From an uncultured bacterium (GTDB taxonomy: Bacteria; Omnitrophota; Omnitrophia; Omnitrophales; Aquincolibacteriaceae), in NCBI GenBank assembly GCA_964445745.1, contig CAYULU010000004.1, forward strand, positions 3,445-66,162: 62,718 nt of DNA. Direction: 5' to 3'. Shown piece by piece: positions 1 to 8,572 of the stretch. The notes under the pieces are model-generated. The model worked only from the letters and a program-made list of their open reading frames with translations. It did not search any database and was not told the origin of the DNA. Within the stretch, counting starts at the first letter, position 1, and each line of letters starts with the position of its first letter. Both the position numbers and the translations under genes were made by a program.

Positions 1-71
1 ATATGGAGATACCCGGTCGGGGAAGGGGCAAAACGAACTCGGATGTTTGACATAGAATTCAATCAATTCTC

Positions 72-154
72 TAGAGGCGGTTTCACAAGTATTTCCAACC
101 CATTGTTTCTCTAGGGGTTGGAAAATGCAAAAAGGACTTATGAAACCGCTTCTA
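72..154. mobile_element. ~83-bp MITE-like palindromic element (family C, copy 1)
   Basis: Imperfect terminal inverted repeats TAGAGGCGGTTTCA (72-85) / TGAAACCGCTTCTA (141-154), internal hairpin TTCCAACCC..GGGTTGGAA, TA on both sides of the core. Near-identical copy at 61518-61599. Confidence 0.75.
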
Positions 155-574
155 ATTTGTATTAAGGCTGCGTCTGATAATCGAACGAATCAAAGATTTC
201 ACATGCTCAATGTCCAGCGGCTTCTCGAGGCATGAAACCGCCCCCATGGCCATCACCTTGCGTTTCTTTTCCGGACTGATAAACCCCGAAATGAACACGA
301 CGGGAACCCTGCTGACTTGTCGAATCTTTTTAAAAACCTTATCGCCCGTCATCCACGGCATGCTTGAATCGAGAAACACAAGATCATATTCCGTCTCGGA
401 AAGTTTCTTGATACCCTCCCCGCCGGAATTCGCGTAATCCACTCTAAAACCTTCATGTTCCAGAGTTTCCAGGAACTCTTCACAAATCGACTTCTCGTCA
501 TCGACAATGAGCAACCGGCCTTGATCCTCACTTTTCGGTATCGGGAAGTTTAAAGTTTTCTCTGAGAGTTTCAA
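152..574 (-). CDS. Single-domain response regulator receiver (CheY-like)
   Basis: LLIVDDE, LVFLD (phospho-Asp), FISG and LEKP motifs. The start is uncertain because it overlaps the nadK 3' end. The TAG stop lies in the end of the repeat element. Confidence 0.85.
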   Translation of the reverse strand: MKLSEKTLNFPIPKSEDQGRLLIVDDEKSICEEFLETLEHEGFRVDYANSGGEGIKKLSETEYDLVFLDSSMPWMTGDKVFKKIRQVSRVPVVFISGFISPEKKRKVMAMGAVSCLEKPLDIEHVKSLIRSIIRRSLNTN

Positions 575-1364
575 GATAACTCCGCTTCGTGCTTTTAATC
601 AATTTAAATGGGGCGTTCGACCGCCCGATCTCAACGGTATAGCTATCGTCGATTTCCACTTTTTCTTGACCATCGGCCGTCAACAGCGCCTTCTCGGCGG
701 GATCGTCCGTGCGAACCTGCACCATGATTTTTTCGTCGGCACCAATCACGAGCGAACGGAGGCTGAGTGCGTGCGGACAGATCGGGGTAATGATAAACGC
801 TTCGAGTTTGGGATGCACCACCGCCCCGCCCGCGGAAAGTGAGTATCCGGTCGAACCTGTCGGAGTCGCAATAATCACCCCATCTCCCCGGAAACTGGTA
901 AGCTTTTCGCCGGACACAAACACATCCAGACGCAAAATCCGCGCAAGGCCTTCCCGGCTGATCACGATATCGTTTAAGGCCAGAAAACGGCGCTCCATTT
1001 TCTTGGTCTTGCTCCAGGCGGTACAAGACAGCATGATCCTGTCTTCAATCTCGGGGGCCTGAAAATACGCCGCCAGTTCTTCAAAAACTTCCGATTGTTT
1101 CACTTCAGTCAAAAAACCAAGACTCCCCAGATTAATCCCCAGCACCGGAACGGAGCGGCTCCGCAAATGGCTCACAATGGAAAGCATCGTACCGTCGCCC
1201 CCGAGAGAAATCACAAAATCCGCATCTTCAACAAATTGTTCAAGCGGCTCGGTCATGGAATCCACAACCACAAGATCTCGCTTCTCGAGCCAGGCGCGAA
1301 TTTTCGCGGCAAGTTCAACCGCCCCTTTTTTTTTCCGATTCACAACCATTCCGATTTTTTTCAT
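528..1364 (-). CDS. nadK: NAD kinase
   Basis: GGDGT motif, GINLGSLGFL, ALND, DGVIIATPTGSTGYSLSAGG. Confidence 0.97.
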   Translation of the reverse strand: MKKIGMVVNRKKKGAVELAAKIRAWLEKRDLVVVDSMTEPLEQFVEDADFVISLGGDGTMLSIVSHLRSRSVPVLGINLGSLGFLTEVKQSEVFEELAAYFQAPEIEDRIMLSCTAWSKTKKMERRFLALNDIVISREGLARILRLDVFVSGEKLTSFRGDGVIIATPTGSTGYSLSAGGAVVHPKLEAFIITPICPHALSLRSLVIGADEKIMVQVRTDDPAEKALLTADGQEKVEIDDSYTVEIGRSNAPFKLIKSTKRSYLETLRENFKLPDTEK

Positions 1365-1483
1365 AACCTGATCTCCGGTGGACTGGATCGTTTAAACCAA
1401 AATCACGCCGAAAGCCTTAACCTTCGGTCCATTCTGAATCATGAGACGTTTCCAAAGGAAATAACCGCCTCCCCTCCCATTTT

Positions 1484-1957
1484 TTAGGGATGCTCATGTC
1501 CGTGAATTTGCCAGTAAAGGGCCTGGTACGCTTCCAGGACTTCACGGAGTTTCCGCACATTTTCCCTGTCAACGGTCTGTTTTGCCTTCATCGCGTAAAC
1601 CGTAATCTGATGAAGAAGTTCCAGCTGACGGGAATAGGGTTCACGGCCCAATTCATCCTCTGGGAATTTAAGCCGCTGGCTGAGGAAATAGTTGGCCACT
1701 TCATCCTTAATCTTGTCCGCGTGGGCATCCTTGTTATTGACCCATCGCACTAGCTGATTCATCGACGGGGTGCCAGAACCTTCCATCTTCAAGATTTCCT
1801 CCATCGACTTTTCAATCGTGTCGATGTGCTGGCTCAACTCCCTGAATTTCATTTCATCGTCGTAAATCCCGCAGGGGATCTCACAATGGGCTGAAACAAG
1901 GCACGGATTAGCCAGCAACGCAACCACAAAAACCAAAAGACATTTTCGGTTCAACAT
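1484..1957 (-). CDS. sodN: Nickel superoxide dismutase precursor with signal-peptide-like leader
   Basis: Ni-hook HCEIPCGIYD after a hydrophobic leader ending VSA. Start moved to ATG 1957, which has GGAGG just upstream. Confidence 0.9.
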   Translation of the reverse strand: MLNRKCLLVFVVALLANPCLVSAHCEIPCGIYDDEMKFRELSQHIDTIEKSMEEILKMEGSGTPSMNQLVRWVNNKDAHADKIKDEVANYFLSQRLKFPEDELGREPYSRQLELLHQITVYAMKAKQTVDRENVRKLREVLEAYQALYWQIHGHEHP

Positions 1958-1985
1958 AGAAACCTCCGGAATCCAAAAAAACAGG

Positions 1986-2249
1986 TTAAAGGTGAAACGT
2001 CTCTTTTTTCCGTTCAAGAGTTCGCTGAAATTTGTCTTCAATGTCCTCGATCGCGCCTCTCAATGCCGAAAAAATCCTGGCGACCTGATCACCATTATAG
2101 GCATATTGCGAACTTGCAAGATTCCCGATCAACCGGATCTTGTCGAGCGCCGCCGCAACTCGTTGTTCAGCCAACCTTTTAAACTTCGCTTCCTTCGTCT
2201 CGCCTGCCGCATCCGCGTCACCCTGCTTCATCTCTTCGTTCGATTCCAA
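1986..2249 (-). CDS. Hypothetical small helical protein (87 aa)
   Basis: In-operon position and strand. The pattern KFKRLAEQRV..LDKIRLIGNL..SQYAY resembles a widespread uncharacterised small-protein family. Confidence 0.7.
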   Translation of the reverse strand: MESNEEMKQGDADAAGETKEAKFKRLAEQRVAAALDKIRLIGNLASSQYAYNGDQVARIFSALRGAIEDIEDKFQRTLERKKETFHL

Positions 2250-2263
2250 GATGATCTCCTTTG

Positions 2264-4195
2264 TTAGCGCGGGTTGGTCTCGATTCCAAAACCCGCCGAT
2301 TTTTCATATTTTTTCTGGCTGCTCAGTTCTTTGACCACGGAATCAGCCACCTTTTCCGGGGACAACCCAAACAAGTCGAGTTGCTTCTCACGGGAACCGT
2401 GTTCGATAAATTCATCGGGAAGTGCCAACCGTTTCAAGGCGACTGTCCTGAGATTCCTGTGTTCAAGGAACTCAAGAATCTTGGCGCCAAAGCCACCAGT
2501 CACAACATGTTCTTCAAGCGTAAAAAGCATTCGGTTTTTTTTAAGGGACTCCAGGATCAGAGTCTCATCAAGAGGTTTTGCAAACCGCATGTTGACCACC
2601 CGCGCCGCGACCCCTTCTTTCTTGAGAATCGCATGAGCCTTGCAGGCAACCTCCACCATACTCCCCAGCGCAAGAAGTGTCACATCCTCACCGTCAAACA
2701 TGACCTCCCCTTCGCCCGTTTGGAAAGAGCGTCTGGGAAATTCATCAAATAGTTTGGCGATATTCGCACGCGGATAGCGCAACACAAAAGGAACGGACGA
2801 TTCCAGCCCGAGCTCAAGCATTTTTTCCATTTCAAATTCATCTTTCGGAGCCCCGATCACTATCCCCGGCACCGAACCAAGATACGCCATATCAAAAATC
2901 CCCTGGTGCGTGGCGCCATCTGCGCCCACAATCCCCGCCCGATCCAGGGCAAGCACCACCCCGGTCCTCTGGAGAGCCACATCATGCATGACCGAATCAT
3001 GGGAGCGCTGCATAAAAGTCGAATAAACCGCCACCACAGGCTTGAGCCCGCTCCGGGCCATGGCTCCGGCAAACGTGACCGCATGTTGTTCGGCAATCCC
3101 CACATCAAAACAGCGGTCCGGAAAGACTTTCTGAAAATCAGCCAGGCCGGTCCCTGAAAGCATCGCGGCCGTCACGGCCACCACCGACGGATCCCTGCGA
3201 GCATGTTTCAGAATTGCATCCGAAAACGCCTGGGTAAAAGAGATCCCGTAAGTAGAACTTTTTTCCCTTGCACCTTTTATTTTTTCTCCGGTTTTAACAT
3301 TAAACGGCACGACCCCATGTCCCTTTTCTTCGTCTTGTTCCGCGTATTCGCAACCTCGTCCCTTTTTCGTTATCACATGAAGGAAACTGCAAGTATTCAG
3401 GGCAAGGACATCTTTCAGAATCCCGACCAACTGAATCACGTTATGCCCGTCCACAGGACCAAAATACCGGTAGCCGAGCTCTTCAAAGAGAACGCCCGGC
3501 ACAAAAAGGTGTTTCATACCATCGAGAGAGGTATTCGCCAATTTTTGAAGCCGAGGAAATTTCTGGAGTTGTTTGTCCATTTCACCGCGCACCTTGTTGT
3601 AAAGCGGATGGGTGAGGACCTTGTTCAAATAGCGGCTGACCGCGCCCACGTTCCTGGCGATCGACATCTCGTTGTCATTTAAAATAATCAGCATACTCTT
3701 TTTGAGATGTCCGGCATGATTGAGTGCTTCAAACGAAAGACCGGCCGTCAGGGCACCGTCCCCGACAATCGCGACCACTTGTTCATTTCCCTTTTTAATG
3801 TCCCGCGCGCAAACAAGCCCGACGGCCTGTGAAATGGCGGTGCCGGCATGTCCGACAATAAACGGGTCGTGACAACTTTCCCAAGGTGCCGGAAATCCGC
3901 TCAGGCCGCCCGGCTGGCGTAAAGTTGCCATTTGATCACGTCGCCCGGTAATCATTTTGTGAACATACGCCTGATGCCCGACATCCCAGCAAATCCTGTC
4001 CGTCGGGGAATTCAGCACATAGTGAAGCGCGATTGTAAGTTCAAGAGTTCCGAGACTTGCTCCCAGATGCCCCCCTGTTTTCGCGACCGACTCTATCAGA
4101 AACTGACGGTATTCTTCCGCCACCTCAGGAAGTTTTTCAAGAGGCACCTTTTTCAAATCATCAGGGCTATTGATCTTCTGTATCCAGTTTGTCAC
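2264..4195 (-). CDS. dxs: 1-deoxy-D-xylulose-5-phosphate synthase
   Basis: GGHLGASLG, WDVGHQAYVHK, TPP motif GDGALTAG..N, DVGIAEQHAV, DRAGIVGADGATHQG. Confidence 0.98.
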   Translation of the reverse strand: MTNWIQKINSPDDLKKVPLEKLPEVAEEYRQFLIESVAKTGGHLGASLGTLELTIALHYVLNSPTDRICWDVGHQAYVHKMITGRRDQMATLRQPGGLSGFPAPWESCHDPFIVGHAGTAISQAVGLVCARDIKKGNEQVVAIVGDGALTAGLSFEALNHAGHLKKSMLIILNDNEMSIARNVGAVSRYLNKVLTHPLYNKVRGEMDKQLQKFPRLQKLANTSLDGMKHLFVPGVLFEELGYRYFGPVDGHNVIQLVGILKDVLALNTCSFLHVITKKGRGCEYAEQDEEKGHGVVPFNVKTGEKIKGAREKSSTYGISFTQAFSDAILKHARRDPSVVAVTAAMLSGTGLADFQKVFPDRCFDVGIAEQHAVTFAGAMARSGLKPVVAVYSTFMQRSHDSVMHDVALQRTGVVLALDRAGIVGADGATHQGIFDMAYLGSVPGIVIGAPKDEFEMEKMLELGLESSVPFVLRYPRANIAKLFDEFPRRSFQTGEGEVMFDGEDVTLLALGSMVEVACKAHAILKKEGVAARVVNMRFAKPLDETLILESLKKNRMLFTLEEHVVTGGFGAKILEFLEHRNLRTVALKRLALPDEFIEHGSREKQLDLFGLSPEKVADSVVKELSSQKKYEKSAGFGIETNPR

Positions 4196-4210
4196 TGTTG
4201 TAACATCCTC

Positions 4211-5038
4211 TTATTTTCGGGGAATTCTTGATTCCAGGAAATCCGCTAACAACACTAAATATCGGGCGCGAGTCCCAAGTTTGCCGGCTACCGTTTTTGC
4301 CGTTTTTATCAATTGTCTGGCTTTTTGAACCACCTGGTCTTCAGGCATAAACCGGCAATAACCGTCTTGATCCAACAAATCATCCACCACCTGAAAAGCG
4401 AGACCGATGGCGTGCGCATATCGGTCAATGAGAGCAAGCTTTTTCGGCGACGCACCGGCAACCAGGGCACCGGCTTTCACACTTGCGCGAATTAACTTTC
4501 CAGTTTTATTGACACAAATGAAGTCATGGGTCGCAAGGTCAAGCCGTTTGGAAACGGTTTCAATATCTTCGACCTGACCCGCAATCATACCATGCACCCC
4601 GGCCGCGGTCGATATCTCCCGCACAAGCCGGATCGCCTTCTCGGCAGGTTGAACCCCCGAGAGGATTTCAAAAGCCAGCGTCAGCAACCCATCCCCTGCC
4701 AGAATGGCTGTCGCTTCTCCGAATTTCTTGTGACATGTCGGCCTTCCCCGGCGGACGGCATCATTATCGAGAGCGGGAAGGTCATCATGCACAAGCGAAT
4801 AAGTATGAATCAACTCAACCGCACAGGCCGGGCGAAGCGCATCCTTCATCCGCCCTCCGCAAGCTTCACAAGCCGCAAGAACAAGAACCGGCCGGAACCG
4901 TTTTCCGCCGGTAAACACCGCATACTGTATGGCTTGGTGAATCGTCCTGGGTCTTTCCGCCCGGCTTTGAAGTTCCTTTTTGAGCGCCCGTTCAATCAGC
5001 CGGAGATGTATTTTAAAACAGGTCCCGTAATTGACCAT
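4211..5038 (-). CDS. ispA: Geranyltranstransferase / farnesyl diphosphate synthase
   Basis: GGKRFRP, SLVHDDLPALDND..RRG (FARM), KTG, FQVVDD. Confidence 0.95.
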   Translation of the reverse strand: MVNYGTCFKIHLRLIERALKKELQSRAERPRTIHQAIQYAVFTGGKRFRPVLVLAACEACGGRMKDALRPACAVELIHTYSLVHDDLPALDNDAVRRGRPTCHKKFGEATAILAGDGLLTLAFEILSGVQPAEKAIRLVREISTAAGVHGMIAGQVEDIETVSKRLDLATHDFICVNKTGKLIRASVKAGALVAGASPKKLALIDRYAHAIGLAFQVVDDLLDQDGYCRFMPEDQVVQKARQLIKTAKTVAGKLGTRARYLVLLADFLESRIPRK

Positions 5039-5344
5039 TTAGTCTTCCTCGCCCGAAAAGTCTTCACCGCGAGCAAGTCCTTTTTTCCTGACTTTCGCCG
5101 CTGGTTTTCCGCATGCGTCAAAAGGTTCTTTTTTGAACGAACCATCAAGCGCCCGGGTCAGGACCTCAATTTTTTTCTCCGCTTCAGTCAATTGGGACTG
5201 ACAGGCCCGGACAAGGCCGACCCCTTCCTCGTATTTTTTGAGCGCCTGATCCAGCGTAAGCTCTCCGATTTCAAGTGCCGCGACCGTCTTCTCCAGACTT
5301 TCCATTGCCTTTTCAAAATCTACTTTTTCTTTTTTCTCTGCCAT
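5039..5344 (-). CDS. xseB: Exodeoxyribonuclease VII small subunit
   Basis: FEKAMESLEKTV..LE.GELTLDQALKKYEEG..L..C...L..AE; lies between xseA and ispA. Start moved to ATG 5344. Confidence 0.93.
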   Translation of the reverse strand: MAEKKEKVDFEKAMESLEKTVAALEIGELTLDQALKKYEEGVGLVRACQSQLTEAEKKIEVLTRALDGSFKKEPFDACGKPAAKVRKKGLARGEDFSGEED

Positions 5345-5379
5345 GGGCATCCTTTCAACCCGCAAAAAAGTCGGGCATT

Positions 5380-6603
5380 TTAAATCCGGGGAGGACATGA
5401 CCCCTTCGTTGCAATCACTTTGGAAACCAATTCACCTTGATGAAGTCTCGTTCTGATCTCGGTCCCGGTCGGAAGGTTCTCGGCTGACTTGAGGACAGCA
5501 CCCCGGGCATCAAACGTCACCGAATATCCACGTTCCAGGATCCCTAACGGATTTAACACATTCAATTTTCCGGCCGCGGTCCGAAAAACCTGTTTTTTAA
5601 AAGTCATCCAGTTCGTCAAGGAAGTCTGGAGCCTCTTTCCCAATTCATCCGTCCGCTCGCTGAACTGTTCAAGTAAATAACGCGGTTGTCGAAATGCGGC
5701 ATTCGCCGCCAGATCTTCCAGCGTTTCCCGATGTCCTCTCAGTCGAAAAATCATTCCCTGTCTTAGCCGTTCCGCCGCATCCTTGATCTTCAGTTCAAGT
5801 TCCCCCCGGCTTGCTACCACAAGCTCAGCGGCTGCCGATGGAGTCGGGGCCCGAAGATCCGCCACAAAATCGGCGATGGTCCAGTCCGTCTCATGCCCCA
5901 CGGCTGAAATGACCGGGATGCCGGAATCAAAAATCGCACGGGCAACCGGCTCTTCATTAAAAGCCCAAAGATCTTCGAGGCTTCCTCCCCCGCGACCGAC
6001 GATCAAGACCTCCGCCGCGCCGCGCCGGTTCATGATCCGAATCGCTTCCGCGATTTCTTCAGCGGCCCCTTCCCCCTGAACTTTGACGGGGTAAAGAAGA
6101 ATATGGGTGCCGCAAAATCTCCGGTTAATAACATTCAATATATCATGGATCGCCGCTCCGGTCGGTGAAGTAATCACCCCCACCGTCTTTGGGAATTTCG
6201 GCACCGGTCTCTTCCGATCGCTCCGGAACAAACCTTCCTTTTCTAATCGTTCTTTCAACTGCTGAAAAGCCAGTTGAAGCGCTCCCACTCCTTTGGGTTC
6301 AATGCGCTCGAGATAAAACTGATATTGCCCCCGCGCTTCATAAACCGAAACGCGTCCAAACACCAACACCTTGTGACCATCCTCCGGCTCAAACTTCAGC
6401 CCTTTATGATAGAAACTGAAAAAAACCGCCGAAATCTGCGACTGTCCGTCCTTCAGCGTCAAATAAATATGACCGGAGCTGTGGCGTTTGAAGTTCGAAA
6501 TCTCCCCTTCTACCCAAATCCCCGTATAACGTGTTTCAAGAACATTGCGGACCTCTTTGTTCAGCTCACTAATCGTATAAATTTTACTATCTAATGTGTT
6601 CAT
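5380..6603 (-). CDS. xseA: Exodeoxyribonuclease VII large subunit
   Basis: WVEGEISNF..HSSGHIYLTLKD, ITSPTGAAIHD, RGGGSLEDLW, SAVGHETD, RAPTPSAAAE. Confidence 0.98.
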   Translation of the reverse strand: MNTLDSKIYTISELNKEVRNVLETRYTGIWVEGEISNFKRHSSGHIYLTLKDGQSQISAVFFSFYHKGLKFEPEDGHKVLVFGRVSVYEARGQYQFYLERIEPKGVGALQLAFQQLKERLEKEGLFRSDRKRPVPKFPKTVGVITSPTGAAIHDILNVINRRFCGTHILLYPVKVQGEGAAEEIAEAIRIMNRRGAAEVLIVGRGGGSLEDLWAFNEEPVARAIFDSGIPVISAVGHETDWTIADFVADLRAPTPSAAAELVVASRGELELKIKDAAERLRQGMIFRLRGHRETLEDLAANAAFRQPRYLLEQFSERTDELGKRLQTSLTNWMTFKKQVFRTAAGKLNVLNPLGILERGYSVTFDARGAVLKSAENLPTGTEIRTRLHQGELVSKVIATKGSCPPRI

Positions 6604-6663
6604 TCGTTTGGCTCTCGTTCATATCACCCGCCTGACCCCGGAGAAAAAAGACCCGCATCCGCC

Positions 6664-7218
6664 TTAATCGGTAATAACACAATCCACAGGAACATCCGTT
6701 TTTGTTACGGGAAGTTGATGGACCACCTGTTCCCGGAAACATAGCCCTATCTTAAAAATTTTCCCGGCCTTCCGCAATAATTGATCGTAATATCCCGCGC
6801 CACGGCCCATCCGGTTCCCTTTTTTGTCAAACCCGACACCGGGAACAACAATCACCTCCATCCGGGAAACACTTCGCCGGGGACACGTAACCCTTGGTTC
6901 CATGATCGAATAGGCGCCTTTTTGGAGATCGTTCCGGATCGATTGAACCCGGTACAGCGAAAGGCGTCGGGTGCTCAGGTTAACGCGAGGAAGGTAAATT
7001 TCCTTATCCTTAACGAGCGTTGCCAGACACAAACGAGTTTGAACTTCAGGAGCAATATCAAAATAAAGCGCAATCTTTTTTGCTGCTAAAAACCGGGGAT
7101 GCTTGAAAAGCTTCTTGAGGATTCTCCGGCTTTTTCGAAGGCGCTCCGCACGGGGAATCGCTTGCCGCCGTGCCCGGAGTTCTTGTCTCACGGTATTTTT
7201 AGAGGAGGGAGAAGGCAT
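6664..7218 (-). CDS. 5-formyltetrahydrofolate cyclo-ligase
   Basis: VPGVGFDKKGNRMGRGAGYYD and DVPVD motifs. Confidence 0.93.
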   Translation of the reverse strand: MPSPSSKNTVRQELRARRQAIPRAERLRKSRRILKKLFKHPRFLAAKKIALYFDIAPEVQTRLCLATLVKDKEIYLPRVNLSTRRLSLYRVQSIRNDLQKGAYSIMEPRVTCPRRSVSRMEVIVVPGVGFDKKGNRMGRGAGYYDQLLRKAGKIFKIGLCFREQVVHQLPVTKTDVPVDCVITD

Positions 7219-7221
7219 CGT

Positions 7222-7851
7222 TTAATTCAGACCGTCCCCGGCTTGATCCGATTCAGCCTCCCGAAGCTTTTCCTTCTGACGGGCCATCTCCTGGAAAAAT
7301 TTTTGCCGTTCCTTCTGAAACGCCACCTTTTGAATATCGAGCTCCTCTTTTTCCTTCCGAAGCTCATCCCGCCCAGGATCAGAAGAAGGGCTCCCGCCCG
7401 CTATTTCCAACTCGCGGATTCTTGCTTTAAGTTCTGAAATTTCACCCGAAAGCTTCCGGTTCGCTTCCTTCAACTCCGCAATTTTTTGTTCAAAAGATTC
7501 GATCACCCGAGGGTCCGCCGCGGCCGCCGCAAGCCTGTCACCCTCCCCAAGGGTTGGGACCACACCTGAATCTTCTCCGGAGAAATCCGCGGATTTCCTA
7601 TCCCGCATCTTTTCAAAGAGTTCTTCCTTCAATCGCTCCAGGTCCTGCTCCTTGTCCTGGATCATCCGAATCTGCTGGTCACGGACTTTTTCCCATTCCG
7701 ATTTCAGAGTCTCAAATTCCGCCATCGTCTCCGGCGGGGTCTTGAGATCTGAAGTTTCATTGGAAAAGGCCGGCGTGACAAAAAGAAAAATTGCCACCAA
7801 AATAAAAAACAACACGTTTTTTAAATTTTGTATTTTTAGATCGATGCCCAT
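7222..7851 (-). CDS. Hypothetical exported or membrane-anchored coiled-coil protein
   Basis: Hydrophobic N-terminal stretch (VLFFILVAIFLFVTPAFS) followed by E/K/Q-rich heptads. The start is uncertain because the longest ORF overlaps the tRNA. Confidence 0.7.
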   Translation of the reverse strand: MGIDLKIQNLKNVLFFILVAIFLFVTPAFSNETSDLKTPPETMAEFETLKSEWEKVRDQQIRMIQDKEQDLERLKEELFEKMRDRKSADFSGEDSGVVPTLGEGDRLAAAAADPRVIESFEQKIAELKEANRKLSGEISELKARIRELEIAGGSPSSDPGRDELRKEKEELDIQKVAFQKERQKFFQEMARQKEKLREAESDQAGDGLN

Positions 7852-7856
7852 ATAAT
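7828..7856 (+). promoter_or_regulatory. Sigma-70 promoter of tRNA-Arg
   Basis: TTGTAT (7828-7833), 17 nt spacer, TATAAT (7851-7856), 11 nt before the tRNA. Confidence 0.7.
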
Positions 7857-7867
7857 ACTGCCTCATT

Positions 7868-7941
7868 GCCCCCATAGCTCAATTGGATAGAGCATCTCCT
7901 TCCTAAGGAGAGGGTTGCATGTTCGATTCATGCTGGGGGCA
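7868..7941 (+). tRNA. tRNA-Arg (anticodon CCT)
   Basis: Acceptor GCCCCCA/TGGGGGC, D-arm TAGCTCAATTGGATAGAGC, anticodon arm TCTCC-TTCCTAA-GGAGA, T-loop GTTCGAT. CCA is not encoded. Confidence 0.96.
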
Positions 7942-8011
7942 TTTTTTTTAGATTGTTTCCCAAAAAACAAGTTTCCGTTTTCCTCTCTTGAACAAGAGGC
8001 GTCAACCGGTT

Positions 8012-8533
8012 TCAATACTTCAACAACGAAAACACATCGTACTTCGCAAGTTTTCCCCTGCCGTTGAGAAACTCAAGCTCGATCACGAAGGTTTGGAGAA
8101 CCACTTTACCGCCGATTAATTGGACCAGCTTCGCCGCCGCCTGCGCCGTTCCCCCGGTCGCAAGGAGATCATCCACGACTGCCACTTTCTGCCCGCGTTT
8201 GACAGCGTCCGCGTGAATCTCGAGGACCTCCTGCCCATATTCAAGCGTGCAACGGACCTGTTTCGTGCGCCAGGGAAGTTTTCCTTTTTTCCGGATGGGG
8301 ACAAATCCGATCCCGAGTTTCGCCGCGACCGGGGCCCCAAAAAGAAATCCGCGCGACTCAATTCCGGCCACAAGATCCGCCTTTGATTTTTTGACAGCTT
8401 TCGTCAATAGGGCAATCACCTCACGAAAAGCCGCCGGATCCTTGAGAACGGGCGTGATATCCCTGAAAAGAATTCCTTTTTTAGGAAAATCCGCAACGTC
8501 GCGTATTTTGGACTTTAAAGAAGTAATACTCAT
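8012..8533 (-). CDS. apt: Adenine phosphoribosyltransferase
   Basis: DFPKKGILFRDIT, GIESRGF, RKKGKLP, LEYG, VDDLLATGGT. Confidence 0.97.
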   Translation of the reverse strand: MSITSLKSKIRDVADFPKKGILFRDITPVLKDPAAFREVIALLTKAVKKSKADLVAGIESRGFLFGAPVAAKLGIGFVPIRKKGKLPWRTKQVRCTLEYGQEVLEIHADAVKRGQKVAVVDDLLATGGTAQAAAKLVQLIGGKVVLQTFVIELEFLNGRGKLAKYDVFSLLKY

Positions 8534-8572
8534 GGGTTCCTCCCGGGGATTAAAGTGTGATCAAAAAAAAAC

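Noticed and set aside
6604-7230. 6S RNA next to the 5-formyl-THF cyclo-ligase gene
   Set aside because: Only 3 nt upstream and 60 nt downstream are intergenic, too little room.
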